Made by a program: the position numbers and the translations under genes. A DNA stretch of 63,796 bases, filler included, from Sphacelaria rigidula (taxonomy: Eukaryota), in NCBI GenBank assembly GCA_964200075.2. It is 11 parts of 11 records of this genome, joined end to end, with 100 filler letters (N's around TTAATTAATTAA, not from the genome) between each part and the next. Parts side by side here need not be neighbours in the genome. Positions count along the whole stretch, not along the records: positions 34,855 to 40,563 come from CAXNAA020025079.1; positions 40,664 to 46,372 come from CAXNAA020025080.1; positions 46,473 to 52,180 come from CAXNAA020025082.1; 8 more parts are not named here. One strand, 5' to 3'. The notes beneath the pieces were generated by a model. That model saw only the letters and a list, made by a program, of their open reading frames with translations, ran no database searches and had not been told where the DNA came from. Of the stretch, positions 37,193 to 49,300 are shown in pieces. Every line of letters begins with the position of its first letter. Within the stretch, counting starts at the first letter, position 1.

Positions 37193-39734
37193 CTGCGTGG
37201 ACAACGCACAGGGAGTTTAGTTTGATTTTGAATGAGGAACAGTAAGCATGAATTGTTGATAGACCTTCCAAAAATGCGTTTGCAAAAAGTATCGTTGCCG
37301 ACTGCGTGAAAACGCGCACAAGGTTCCGCTTGATTTGCAACGACGAACAAGAAGCATGGACCGTTGATGGACCTTCCAAGAATGTATTTGTAAAAATTAA
37401 AACTATTAATAAGAAAATGCACGCTGGGTCTGGGTTGAGGCTGCTTCTTGCGGGAGCTAAGAAATCGAGTTGTCGTTGACATGCACATATACTTTTTCGC
37501 AACAATACTTCTCGAAGATATTATTTCCGAACCGCCACCAAAAGAATTTCAACTTTTTTGCGCGTCAGGGGTAGTAGCACTGGATTTCGGGGGGGTGGGG
37601 GCGGTTGCACTTGGTCATGCAACTCTAGTGTTTTCCTCAATAAGGCCGAAACAGCTTGAACATTTCAAGACGATCCTCAGAGGAATGCCCTTCTCGACAA
37701 AATTTCAGTATGAAACGGTTTTCGAAATATCTGCCCCGAAAGACCCCAAAAAAAATGTTGCTCATACTTTTTATTTGCCCGGCACAACGCGCGGCCGTAC
37801 GTACCGGTCTTTCTGTGGATATGTGGCTGATTGCCACTTTCAGATGATCAGAAGTGCCACAATATGTGTGCTTATGACGATCGATTGTGCGTGCAGTTGA
37901 AAATGGATGGGTTGAATCATTCAGCGAAACGTGTATGGGCGAATTACACAGGACGTCCCGACAAAAAACAGTGAGGTCAATCCTCCGTGTCACGCACGGG
38001 ATTTTGGTTTCGTACTCAAGATATTATCTTCGGCAGCGTCGTTGTTATGTGTATGGGTTGTTGGGTTTTTGTTCTACGATCAAATGCCGTTCCCTCGCCT
38101 GAGCCTCTTCACGAAGCAGCTACGCAGTACGCACAACGGGACCTCCGCAGTGTGTTGGGCACGGAAGGTACTGACTGCACTTGAAGTTCTACTGACGAAA
38201 AAGCTTCGCATCGACATGAAAATGGACTGGAAAACGGACACCTCGCAGCACTATGGGCAAACTGTAGTAGAGTTACATCCGCTGCCACAACGCACCAGGG
38301 TGAGCCCGACGACTTCGTGACAGCTATACGGTAAGGTTCTACTGACGACGCAAGGCGTGGCATTGGATAGCTACTGGGGGAGACCGGTTGATCAACACAT
38401 ACCCTTTGTCGTCAGTAGAAGTGGCGAGGTGTCAGCAGCGTCAGCAGTGCCACCATGCAACTGTGGAGAATGGCCACATTCGAGGGAACACGTCCGCACA
38501 GAATCCCGGTTGCTTCTTCATGAGCAAGGGAGTTCTGAACCCGGTAAGCGCCAGTTAGTTGACAGACAGCCAAGTCCGAAAGTCATTTTCGAGTGAAAAT
38601 AATGGCAATTTTACGGACGGACACAGTTGTGCGGCCCAAGGGTCCAACTTCACGGCAATCTTGCAGCTACGTTCGTCCCTCCCGGAGATATTTGGGTGAA
38701 ACAAGAACTGCCTGCGTTTCAAAACCTCCATGCGTCGACTGGGCCTATCCTGAAAGGGTGAGGTGGGCCCCGAGGTCACGTCCCCACTCGCGTTACGCCT
38801 GTAAAGGCCACGGGTGTCGACACGTACCACATGAGGGTAGGTAGGTTATAACGCCTCCCCTCCCCCTCGCCTTTCGCCCTCCCCACGTTCACCCTCCTCA
38901 ACGAGAATCAAATCGCAGTTGTGACGCATTGACTTCCTCTTGTCGGTAAAAACAAAAGCATATCGTACGAAGCTGACGCATGACTTCTGCACAATACATG
39001 GATGGAGAGTCGCTCGCATGGTAACCCCGATCTCACTGAGGTGAGAGATGCCGTCTTCGCGTCATTCCTCGGCATTTCCACGAAATACATGCGCGCTGGT
39101 TGATTTTGTTCTGGTGATATGCCGTGTACAGTACGGAGATATGGCTTACACGTGGCCCACATATGACTTATTGCTGCCTGTGGAGTGTCACTGATTTATG
39201 ATCCAGCTATTCCTCTTTTGCTTCACTACCTTGCCACTGCTTCGGTTTCCTTCCGCCCAAGTTCTTCACGTAAATACGACTTGCGTGTGTTCTCTCAGGG
39301 CGAGAGAGTACCATCTGCGGGTTACCACCCCAGTGATGTACCCCCCACCAAAGGAATAACGCTCGTACGCGTGGTTGACGTTGGCAAAACGTGAGACACG
39401 TCAAAACATCCGTACAAGTAGCTTTTCTAGCGAAAGGCCCGTCGAAGTAAGTAGATCGAGTCCAAGCGTGTTTTATAAACGTCTACGCGGCTTACAGCAC
39501 CGATGCAGGGCGTGACCAATCTTTTTGAGACTCACAGAAACGGAGGTCGTCCGCTGGTAAGACTGCAGTACCACCGAGGCAAGGGGCACGCAGTGAACAC
39601 GTCACGTTGGCCCTCTTTCGATATTTTGCCTCTGGTATCTTCATCCTTTGCGCGAGAGTTGAAAGGTTCAGGTTCATACGTCGGACGAGTCATCACTCGT
39701 CGAGACGAGTGCACTCGTGGATGTTTTTCGAAAA

Positions 39735-40563
39735 CACAACGAGCATGACTTGTGTGCTCGAGTCGTTACTCTTTTTTACAACGAGCAATGACTGGTGTGC
39801 TCAAGCCATCACCTTTTTCCACAACGAGCAATGATTCGAGTGCTCGCCCTATTCATTTTTTGCACAACGAGCAATGACTCGAGTGCTCGCCCTATTATTT
39901 TTTCGGCCAACGAGCAGCCCAACGAGTGCGAGTGCCACGAGTGACACTCGTGCTCGTCCGACGTTATTTCGGTGATGACCTCGCTTCCACTTCGGCCATG
40001 TGCTGTGGACTGTTTGACGATCTCACCGCCTGATATGTATGGAAATGTATTACACCCTAGACAAGAGCTTTCTACAGTCAGTACTCGTATACAATTTAAA
40101 AAGCATGTACTGTGCACAGTATGGAAGCTATTGCTTTCCGCGACGTGCACAGTACTCGTACAAAAGTGGGAACTGCGCGCCGTATGACTTCAAGACAGTG
40201 TAGAGATCTCCACGCGGTATGAATTGTTACAGCCGGCTTGCGCCCCATAGCGGCTGTGCTACCATATAGCTCCGCTCAAGATACAGGCAGGAATTATAGC
40301 AGGAGAGGCGACCTATTACTCTTGCGTTCGCCACCTAGGGCGAATGCACACTTAGCTGCAACACCGACCGCTGTACAGCAATGACTCGAGTGCTCGCCCT
40401 ATTCATTTGCTTCCACAACGAGCGATGACTCGTGTGCTCGCCCTATTCATTTTTTGCACAACGAGTAATGACTCGAGTGCTCGCCCTATTCGTCTTTTGC
40501 ACAACGAGTAATGACTCGAGTGCTCGCCCTATTCGTCTTTTGCACAACGAGCAATGACTCGAG
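39735..40563 (+). repeat. ~43-bp tandem repeat in two blocks (39735-39915 and 40375-40563)
   Basis: Unit CACAACGAGCAATGACTCGAGTGCTCGCCCTATTCATTTTTTG. The second block runs into the contig end. Confidence 0.9.
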
Positions 40564-40664
40564 NNNNNNNNNNNNNNNNNNNNNNNNNNNNNNNNNNNNN
40601 NNNNNNNTTAATTAATTAANNNNNNNNNNNNNNNNNNNNNNNNNNNNNNNNNNNNNNNNNNNNT

Positions 40665-43600
40665 TGCGGAAAATTTCCGAGACACTTTTCATTCGCGACA
40701 GTACGCGCTTCTGACATTCCAGCCTGTCAGTTGCTGGTTGCCCCCCCCCCCCCCCACAGCTCAGATAGTCGTGGCGGTTTCCAAAAACTACGCCCTACTT
40801 GACACGCCGCGTTGATCATTTCCAGACCTACGCTACCTACTCACTTGGAGCACACGGCAATGAAAACCAGTGCCCTATGGTGTGTAACTCTTCTCGGCCC
40901 ACACCCTCCGCGTTGCCCTTGTTGCGTACTACTCTAGCTTTGTTTTATATAACTACGTTGTCGCCACGCCGGAGCGTGACGGAAAGCTTTTGTGCTGCCC
41001 TACGCCGCACGATCCTATGGTACCTATATACATATATAATACTGGGTACAGTCAATCGTTCTCCCAGCTTAAGCCGGGACAATACAGTCGTGGTCTGCCC
41101 CTGGCGCCGACACCTCCGTCTAAACGTGTAGGTTGTACCACTTTTTCCATTCCCAACGCCGCTTTACGATCAATTGGATTTGTGCATTTTTCTCGACCCC
41201 GTGCGTCTGTTCCGAGCGCGATTCCCGCACTCCCATTGCTAGCTGTTACCGCCACAACTTGGATAGCTGTGTTGAAAGCAGACCTCCGACATTGTTGTTA
41301 CATACAGCAACTAGCTTGCATAGTAAAATACTTGGATAGTAATACTCGAGTTCATTAGGTTCCACTTGCAGGTTCCTCCAAGCACTATTAGGCTTCATCA
41401 TCCCGTGATTCTGGATACACGCTTCGGCAGTCGCACCTAGCATTTCGTGGTGTTTCGCTCCCCTGATTCGAGCCCGGCGACCACACACACACACTGTGCC
41501 TATTTCTCTAAGCACACACCTCTCGGCCGTTGCGCACGACTACCTTCACGTCGCATAGAAATAGCACCGACACTTCCCCTCAATAGGGAAACCAACGGCT
41601 TCGCTGGACACGGAGCCAAACCACTGGCGGTACGAAATCTATTGATATAAGCAGCGCGTCACCTTCGACTACTCGACGGTCGTACGCCAGCGCTGCTCGA
41701 TACCGATTCGGACTCAGAGAACACGACTGTGCCACCAGCTGAGTCATTGGCTCCTGACAGATATGCCAGTGAAGCCATAAGGGTAAATTTACGTAGCACC
41801 CTCCTCGCTGCGGCCTGTTCTTCCGGACCCCGATATGGGATCCGAAGACAGGAATGTGCCCCCAGCTGAGTCGTTGCCCCTGGACACACGTGTCCAGCAT
41901 GGCCCTGTAGCGGTTCTCCAACCGTGGCATCCCGTCGAACGACGGTCGACAAATCTCCAGACGACTCCATCCTGACGAAGCGTGGCGCTTCTGGAGCAAG
42001 AGATACTATCACGCGGGTTGCTTCCACTACGGACCCCAATCGCACGACTCTCAGTAGCCCAATGCGCCGTACTTCGCACTCCAGTCTCGGACTAGCGGTC
42101 GCGGCCATGCACTCTGCCCTGCAGAATCTACCTCGCCCTTCTTCAGCGTCAGCGAACACGCCAGTCCCAGCTATAATCGAGGCTTTCTGCCACACCGCGT
42201 TTCAAGACCAATCGGTCTCCGCTCACGTGCAATTCAATGATGACCCTGCACATACGGAGCGCGCACCCGTACGCTTGGCACCCCGATCGGCAGCGCCGCT
42301 TTCTCCGTCCGTCTCTCATGAGAATTTCAACAAGCCCGTATCCAGCCCCTCCTCCACTTCTCACCAGAGCCTTTCTCGCGCTCCCGGACGGCGCCGCACA
42401 CCGACAGTCGATCACGACCACGTCACCCGTGCTGGCATGCCCAAGGACAGCTCCCGGCACAGCTTCAATTCACCGCGTGCTCTTACACGCCCGAAGAATG
42501 CCGATCGTAGCCCCACATACGAAGGTAGTTCACGGCACAGCTCCAATTCACCGCGCGCTCTCACGCGCCCGATGAATGTCGATCGTGACCATACTCATAA
42601 GGTTAGTTCGCGGCACAGATCGAATTCATCGCGCGCTCCAGCGCGCTTGAAGAATGCCGATCAAGCGACAGCGCGCATCCCTCCTGCTTCGCCCCGGTCA
42701 CGCCGCCATCAATTACGCAATGATAATACCGTACATGCTGCCGACATTTATAAAATATTTTCGGACATGCCATCGGCTCTCGATTCCTCATTCGAGGGAT
42801 CCAGTCGAAATTCACCGCACCACGGACGAACCCGCACTGACCACGACCCCCCGTCCCGCTCTAATGCTGCGACTATTTGCTTCCTTGAAGAACAGCTGAC
42901 ATCTTTGAAGGAAGCAATACAAAGAAGCAGCATGGATAATCAAGGAAACACCGCAGCCGTTGCTGCCACCACCGCTGCCGCTGCCACCGCTCCCACCACT
43001 ACCGCCGCTGCTGCTACCGCCACCCCCGCTCCCACCACTACTGCCATCCTGACTGCCGTCGACACTAACGCCGACAGCGGTTCCACCACCGATTTCGTCC
43101 CGGATCCTCCCGTGCCCCCTACTCCGTTTGTGGAGGTTCTCCCTCCGCTCGGCGACGAGCACTGTCCTACTGGCGTCCTCTTGAGGCTATCTAGGAACCG
43201 TTCCCGCTCGGAACAAGTCGGGCTGATTGAGGAATACACCTCGGAAGCGCCAGCTTTAGCCCAGGACATCGTGACTAAGCAGCGCGAGGCCAACGTCGCC
43301 GGTGCACGCCTTCTCGCGGAAGAACATGCACAAGCGCATAAAGATCTCCAGCGCCGGGCTGCACAGACTCAAACTTCCAGCACCGCCGCTCAACGTTCCC
43401 TTCATTAAGGTCGCGCTGCCGCCAAGGCGGCCCGGAAACTTGGTCAGGATTTGGAAAACCATGTCCACCGGACCGCCCACGACGCTGCAACGTCGGTGAA
43501 CTGCGTCACCAACCAAACAAGCTTCCCCTATGTCAGCCGACAACTTGCTCAGTAGCCGCCCTCCTCACCCGCCTTCGAGCCACACGGCCCAGCCCAAACC

Positions 43601-44969
43601 CGTTCTTTCCTCATACCGCATTTCGCGGAAGACTGATCGCTCGCCTTACGCTGCGGCCGCAGCCGCCCCCAGGACAGACCCAACACCCCCGCCCCCAACC
43701 GCCACCTCCACCGCCAGTGCTGAGCCAACAACAGGCCTTCATCTCACCAACCGCGGACGCATGTGGCTCAGTCGTACCGCTGCCGAATACGTCGGTCCGT
43801 ATTACTGCCCCAACCACCTCCATTGTTCCCACCAGGCCTGGAAGTCAGTATCCAAAATTGCTCACCGGGTTGTCGGCTTCTATGTGGACCAGGGTGGCAT
43901 CTTCCCTGACGACGGCATGACGTCCCTCACCCTAGGTCAACTGGTTTGACGCATGGCCATCGGCGCAGAACCCGATCAACCGCGATATGTCGCGTCTCTC
44001 AATGATCATTTTGCGGCGCTACGTGCCGCTTACCACTCGTATCCAGACATCGCAATCGCCGAAGACAATCAGGATGACCACGGTTAGACTCCAATGAGTG
44101 CCAACTGTCGTAGGAAGGAGAACCACAGTAGGGACGACGACGACAACGATGGAGGAGGCTCACGCCGCCGCCATGGTGGTGGAGGATCCTCCTCGGGCGG
44201 TTCCAGACCGAACCGCCCAGGCCGCAATACCCGCGGCCCGGACCGAAAGAAAACCGGAGGCAATTCTTCTGGATCTTTCTAGAAAGCTTGGAACCGGTCA
44301 GGCACAGACCTTCCCCCTTCGGGTTCGGCGGCACCAAGGCAAGTGGTACCTCAGTTGGCCGATGTTTCGGGTCGCATTTTGAGTCTATTCGATACGGACA
44401 CACCAGATCGTCCATTGTCTTCCACTGCAGCCCAAGTCTTAGCAACCGCCGCGGCTGACAAATAACGTTCCGACGCTTCTTAAAGAGCAGCTTCCACTTA
44501 AGTCGAGTCTCTCCCAGTAGCTGCAACACAGAGACAGTACATTTAGATGGATGTGAAAAAGATTCGGCATATTAGAAACATGCCTGCTGCAAATAACGAA
44601 GATTCGGGACAGTTTACTTCTGCCCTCATCACATCCATTCGCCGTACCGTTCGCGATATCCTTCAGTTGGCGGACGCAACTGGCGCCCAACGTTTTGAAG
44701 ATTCCATTTGGGTAGAGAGCTGGCAAACCCCATTACATTAAGCATTGCATAGATCCATCAGCCGCCGCTCTCCCGATACTGCTGCTTCCCTCACACAGAT
44801 CATTGACGGATTCCTCACGGAAATAGATCCGAATCGTCTCAAGGGGAAGACAGGCCCGACGCTACTCGCTGATTTGGAAAGGCGTGTCGTAGGTTACTTC
44901 GACCGAAGCGACCAAGCGAGCACCATCCATAGACTTAGTTATTCTGCTGTCGCATCGGACGTTCCGTAA
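40665..44969 (+). mobile_element. Probable LTR retrotransposon 5' part: candidate LTR 40665-41555 plus decayed gag-like region
   Basis: Segment bounded by TGCG...CGCA. Intronless 494-aa Ser/Pro/Arg/Thr-rich ORF at 41924-43408 with three 26-aa repeats. Broken reading continues to ...VVGYFDRSDQASTIHRL. No pol is seen and no clear primer-binding site. Confidence 0.55.
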
Positions 44970-45096
44970 ACCCCGCAAAGCCCACCAGACTTTTCGATTT
45001 TTTTTCAGTGTTTATTCATCCATTACTTGCAACAAAATGAACGAAAAACGAAAATCGGGACAATTTTCGAAAAAATGTCCTCCGGCATCTGAGGTC

Positions 45097-45302
45097 TGTA
45101 ATGGGCGAGAGGACCGCGTGCTTAGGAGACCGCATCGGAATATAAACACCTCCATGGTTAGGGTTGAGGTTACTCTTGCGGGGTTAGGGTCAGCGGCGTG
45201 GTCCCTGCAGGCACTGGCCCGATTGGTTCTGAAAACGTCGATCCTGAGGTGTTTTGAACCACGACGCGATCCCCTAAGCACGCGGTCCTCTCACGCATTA
45301 CA
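45097..45302. mobile_element. MITE with ~30-bp TIRs and internal GGTTAGGG units
   Basis: TGTAATGGGCGAGAGGACCGCGTGCTTAGG and CCTAAGCACGCGGTCCTCTCACGCATTACA. It lies between ~50-bp direct repeats at 44969 and 45342. Confidence 0.7.
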
Positions 45303-46194
45303 ATCGGGACAGAGCGGGCAAGGATTAGAAGCACATATACGAACCACGCAAAGCCCGTCAGACTTTTCGGTTTTTGTCAGTGTTTATTGACCAACTGTTG
45401 CCAATAAAATTACCAGAAAAAACTAAAACAGTGTTTATTGGTCAATTTCTCGCAACAAAGTTGACAAAAACATTCATGACAATTTTCGAAAAAACGCCCT
45501 ACGGGGGGGGGGGGGGGGGGGGGGGCGACACCCACAACACCTCCCCCCCGCCCCCCCCGGGAGAGAAAATACCGGCCCGCCAAGTTTGTTAAGGGNNNNN
45601 NNNNNAGGATTCCACTGGTTCCAGGGGTTGGGGGCGCGGGGGTCGGTGCGCGGCGGCGGGTTGGGCGGGGCGGGGCTAAACGCCCAAACATTTCCTCAGC
45701 GCTGCCCTCTGAGGTAAATAATGTGCCGCCAAGAATTGTTACAGGATAATACTGTTGTCAAGAATCTGTTGTTGTAAACCGACAGTTTAGTGAACGCGAA
45801 ACAATGACGAAAGTGAAACACTTATCACGTATTATTACTGGTTGAGACGGAGGATGGAAAGGAGAAGGAAGCGGCCCACGGGGGGGTCGACAACTCTGAT
45901 CTACAACGACTGGAATGACATCTCAAGTAAATCTCTCGCGGGGCATAGATGCACCCCGCGGGACACAATTTTTGCCCCAAAACTCTAGATACATCTCGAT
46001 GCAACACCGAGTACATCAATAACATATTCTAGGGATCTCCACTCACTCAAGGGTACACTTGTTCAAAGCACGGTTCCTCGGTACAATGGCTCTGATACAT
46101 CCAGACATGATACGCTCAAACGAAATCTCTCCCGGCGGCATTACGCCCGGTGCCAGCCTACATAGTTCAATTATAACTGTTCTTACTGTACTTA

Positions 46195-46310
46195 TTTGCA
46201 TTAAAAAAACATCGCGATGCTCACTGAAATAGGCAAACGACAATGCTTTTGTCAAGACGCCAGTACACTGCTCTTTACGACGAGGGCATACACTGTAGAG
46301 CCACCTCCTC
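46195..46310 (-). mobile_element. Ty1/Copia RNase H C-terminal relic
   Basis: KEQCTGVLTKALSFAYFSEHRDVFLM resembles the Copia QxADxLTKAL..F..HR..LM pol ending. Confidence 0.6.
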
Positions 46311-49300
46311 ATTCTCGACTGTTGGAATAATTCGTGGTCGTGGCACTGTCCTTACGACAGACCAACTACTGTNNNNNNNNNNNNNNNNNNNNNNNNNNNN
46401 NNNNNNNNNNNNNNNNTTAATTAATTAANNNNNNNNNNNNNNNNNNNNNNNNNNNNNNNNNNNNNNNNNNNNCCCCGATTTTTTTTTTTTTTGGGTCCAA
46501 AAAAATCGGGATTCGTTTGCCATAAAAGTGGGTCTAAGTTCTTTATCGAAAAGCAGTACGCGATAAAATTCAAAAAACAACCCGCGCCGCTTTGAACATG
46601 AGGTACTATACAGTCTCGATTCATCATACCGATAATATCGATCAGACCGTTCCAGGACAACTCTATGTTTCCGGCTGGCAGCAGTTTTATTTTTGGCCAA
46701 ACTTCCGTTTTCGACCAAAAACGGTTGCCCTGAAACGATCTCAACGAGTAGAGCAAGCCATTCCAAGGGGACACCGTTTTTACCTAGCCCTCATCTCGGG
46801 CGTAAAACGACGGAGAAGGGCCCAACAGGCAGCTTGAACAGGATTTTCATCCAAACCCTTGAGAATTGGTCCAAATATCTCATCGTAAAAAGTCGACTAT
46901 TTCAGTCCAATCACCGACCCAATCATTCTCGATTATCGCGCACGGGACTCTCCGACAACCACCACAAGACGCCCAATTTTGCGGCAGAGTACTACATATG
47001 ACACAAATCACAGAATAAAGCAGGCGGGAAACGAACAAGCATTTGGTTCAAGGCAGCACGTCATGTATCACATTAACGTCAAGGGGGGTATGCTCTCATG
47101 TGGCCTGCCTTTTGGCCTTTTGAGTGAGTATTTCCATGTCTGTAATCAAATTGAATGATCACCTCCGCAGTATCGTACTCGTGGGCTATGACAAGCTTCA
47201 AAATATATCGATGTAAAAATCGGATTGTTGCTCGAGCGACATTTCCGTATCGCATCGACCTATTTCCAGTTCGATGTACAACACCAACGCGCGAGCAAAA
47301 TTGAAACGCCGTCAATTAATACGAACGTGCAAGGCGCCCACGGGCCATACACGCTGCGACACAACCCACAGCACTTGTACCGCAATACCAAAGTAGAGTA
47401 GTACTGAAGTGGGGAGATGGCCGCGAGCTCCAAACATCAGCATTGCAGTGTCATGAGTGTTACGGTTGTTGTGAAGTAAGTAGACAAGTACCAATAACCC
47501 TGACGGCATCTAGAGCACGCGGGCCGGCCGCATATCGTCGCCTGCGCTTGCTAAAAGTGTCTGTGAGATGAAGCGCTAAGCATCAAGCCAAAATAGTGCC
47601 ACAGGTGGAGGTGAGTAGTCCGAACAAAGCGGGTCGAACAAAGAGCTATTTTTGCGTTGAATGGGTAGATGGGGGTAAGAGCCTACATCTTGTGCACTTG
47701 CGAGGAGAACCACCAATGCACCAATGCCGGCACAAACATACCCTATGCTGTGTTGTATTGTATACTGCAGCTGCACGTATGGGTGGCACCTCCTCTTTTC
47801 GAAGCGCCTAAAATTCTCGTCTGTTTATTGAAGCCAACAATCGGAACAACATCGGATAAACCGACCCTACACGCAGGGGAGCGACAGCCCGTAAACGATG
47901 TATGTGACGGCGAGATGAGCGAAATGAAATAGTGGGGGGTAATGCATGAGAGCACAAAAGGGGACACACTGATTACCTAAGTTACACTCCGGTCTTCTAA
48001 AGAGGGGCGGACGAAACAAAGTCCTCGGCAAGAAAAAATAGTGACAGGCCACACGCAGGATGGAACACACGAGCGATGGGCTTTGTAGTTTGTAGCAGGG
48101 GCAGATCATAAGAGTACGCTCAAGCATGTAAATAATACTTCGTAAACAAATAACAACTTTCCGTTCATGAGGGTGTTTGCGCAACCCACATGGCACCCAA
48201 CAGCGGCCGGGGGAACGCCGAAGGGACACAACGAATGAACAAACAAGGGAGGGATGCCCGTGTTTGTTTTGAGATAATTTCCTTCCTTCGACGGTCCCTC
48301 ATAGAGCGAGGCGGGGATTGCAAGCGCAGATGCAACACGCGGGAACTGATTTGTGCGTTTCAGCAATCGTCAAAAGTCGGGCCGAGTAGACCCATACACG
48401 TTACAGGGAGGTCTAACAACAGGAGGGGGAGAAGCCGGAACAATTCAACATTTTGTATACAAAGTGAAAGCCTTGGTTACGAATGACCGCGTGTAGAGTT
48501 GGCCGCAAAGAAAGCAAGACCCATCATCACACCATCACGCAGAAATTGTTGACGAAGGGCGTGGGGGTAGGCTTTACAGTCTCTTCGCTGGTGCTTTTAC
48601 GCATCTTTCCCGTCTAAAAATCGACTCTGCACATCAAACAGCGTACAGCTCAAGTGTAGACAGGAACATGCACAGCGTGTTCAACTCGGACACGGACAAC
48701 ACAGACAGTACGGACAGTTTCACTGGTGAACTAGAAAAAAATTGCTAGTACGGGACACTTTCTTCAGAAAGACCTGCGTACCTTTAGACAAGGCGCAGCT
48801 TCAGGCCGCTCACAAATAGCAAACGGGTGAATGTAGTTGGAACAAACGGCAATGACACACATCAGACGACAGAGCAACACAGCGAAGTACTGACAACGAA
48901 CTGTCTGTTGATAACTTGGTAGTTTGGGGGACCAATTTTTTTGGTCACAACTAACATGATTGCACGCTACAAATTTGGGTTTGACGAAACAGGACGAAAG
49001 GGGCAAAAATCGCTGCTTGTTATGTGCCAGCGGTTTTGAGAACAAGCACATCACATGCCACACACACACGGTGCGCCTACAGCCCATCAAACATCTCTTG
49101 CGTCCCCATGTATCTCACCAGCAACAGACATCCGATGATCTTACCCGCAAGGCATGTTGAAGCACATTCTTTGCATTCCGAATACAACGACGACATCCAA
49201 CACTGTGCTGTCTGCTGGGGCAGGTGGACGCTGCTTCGTTCTCTGAGAAGGCAAGATCAATGCCCACCAAGCAGGCGCTGTGCCCCATAGTAGAATCAAG

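Noticed and set aside
39735..40563. CRISPR-like array
   Set aside because: Units are head-to-tail with no unique spacers, no cas-like ORFs are present, and the context is eukaryotic.
47312..49290. Possible minus-strand exons of a membrane protein
   Set aside because: Splice-like signals are present, but I could not build a consistent frame or recognise a motif.
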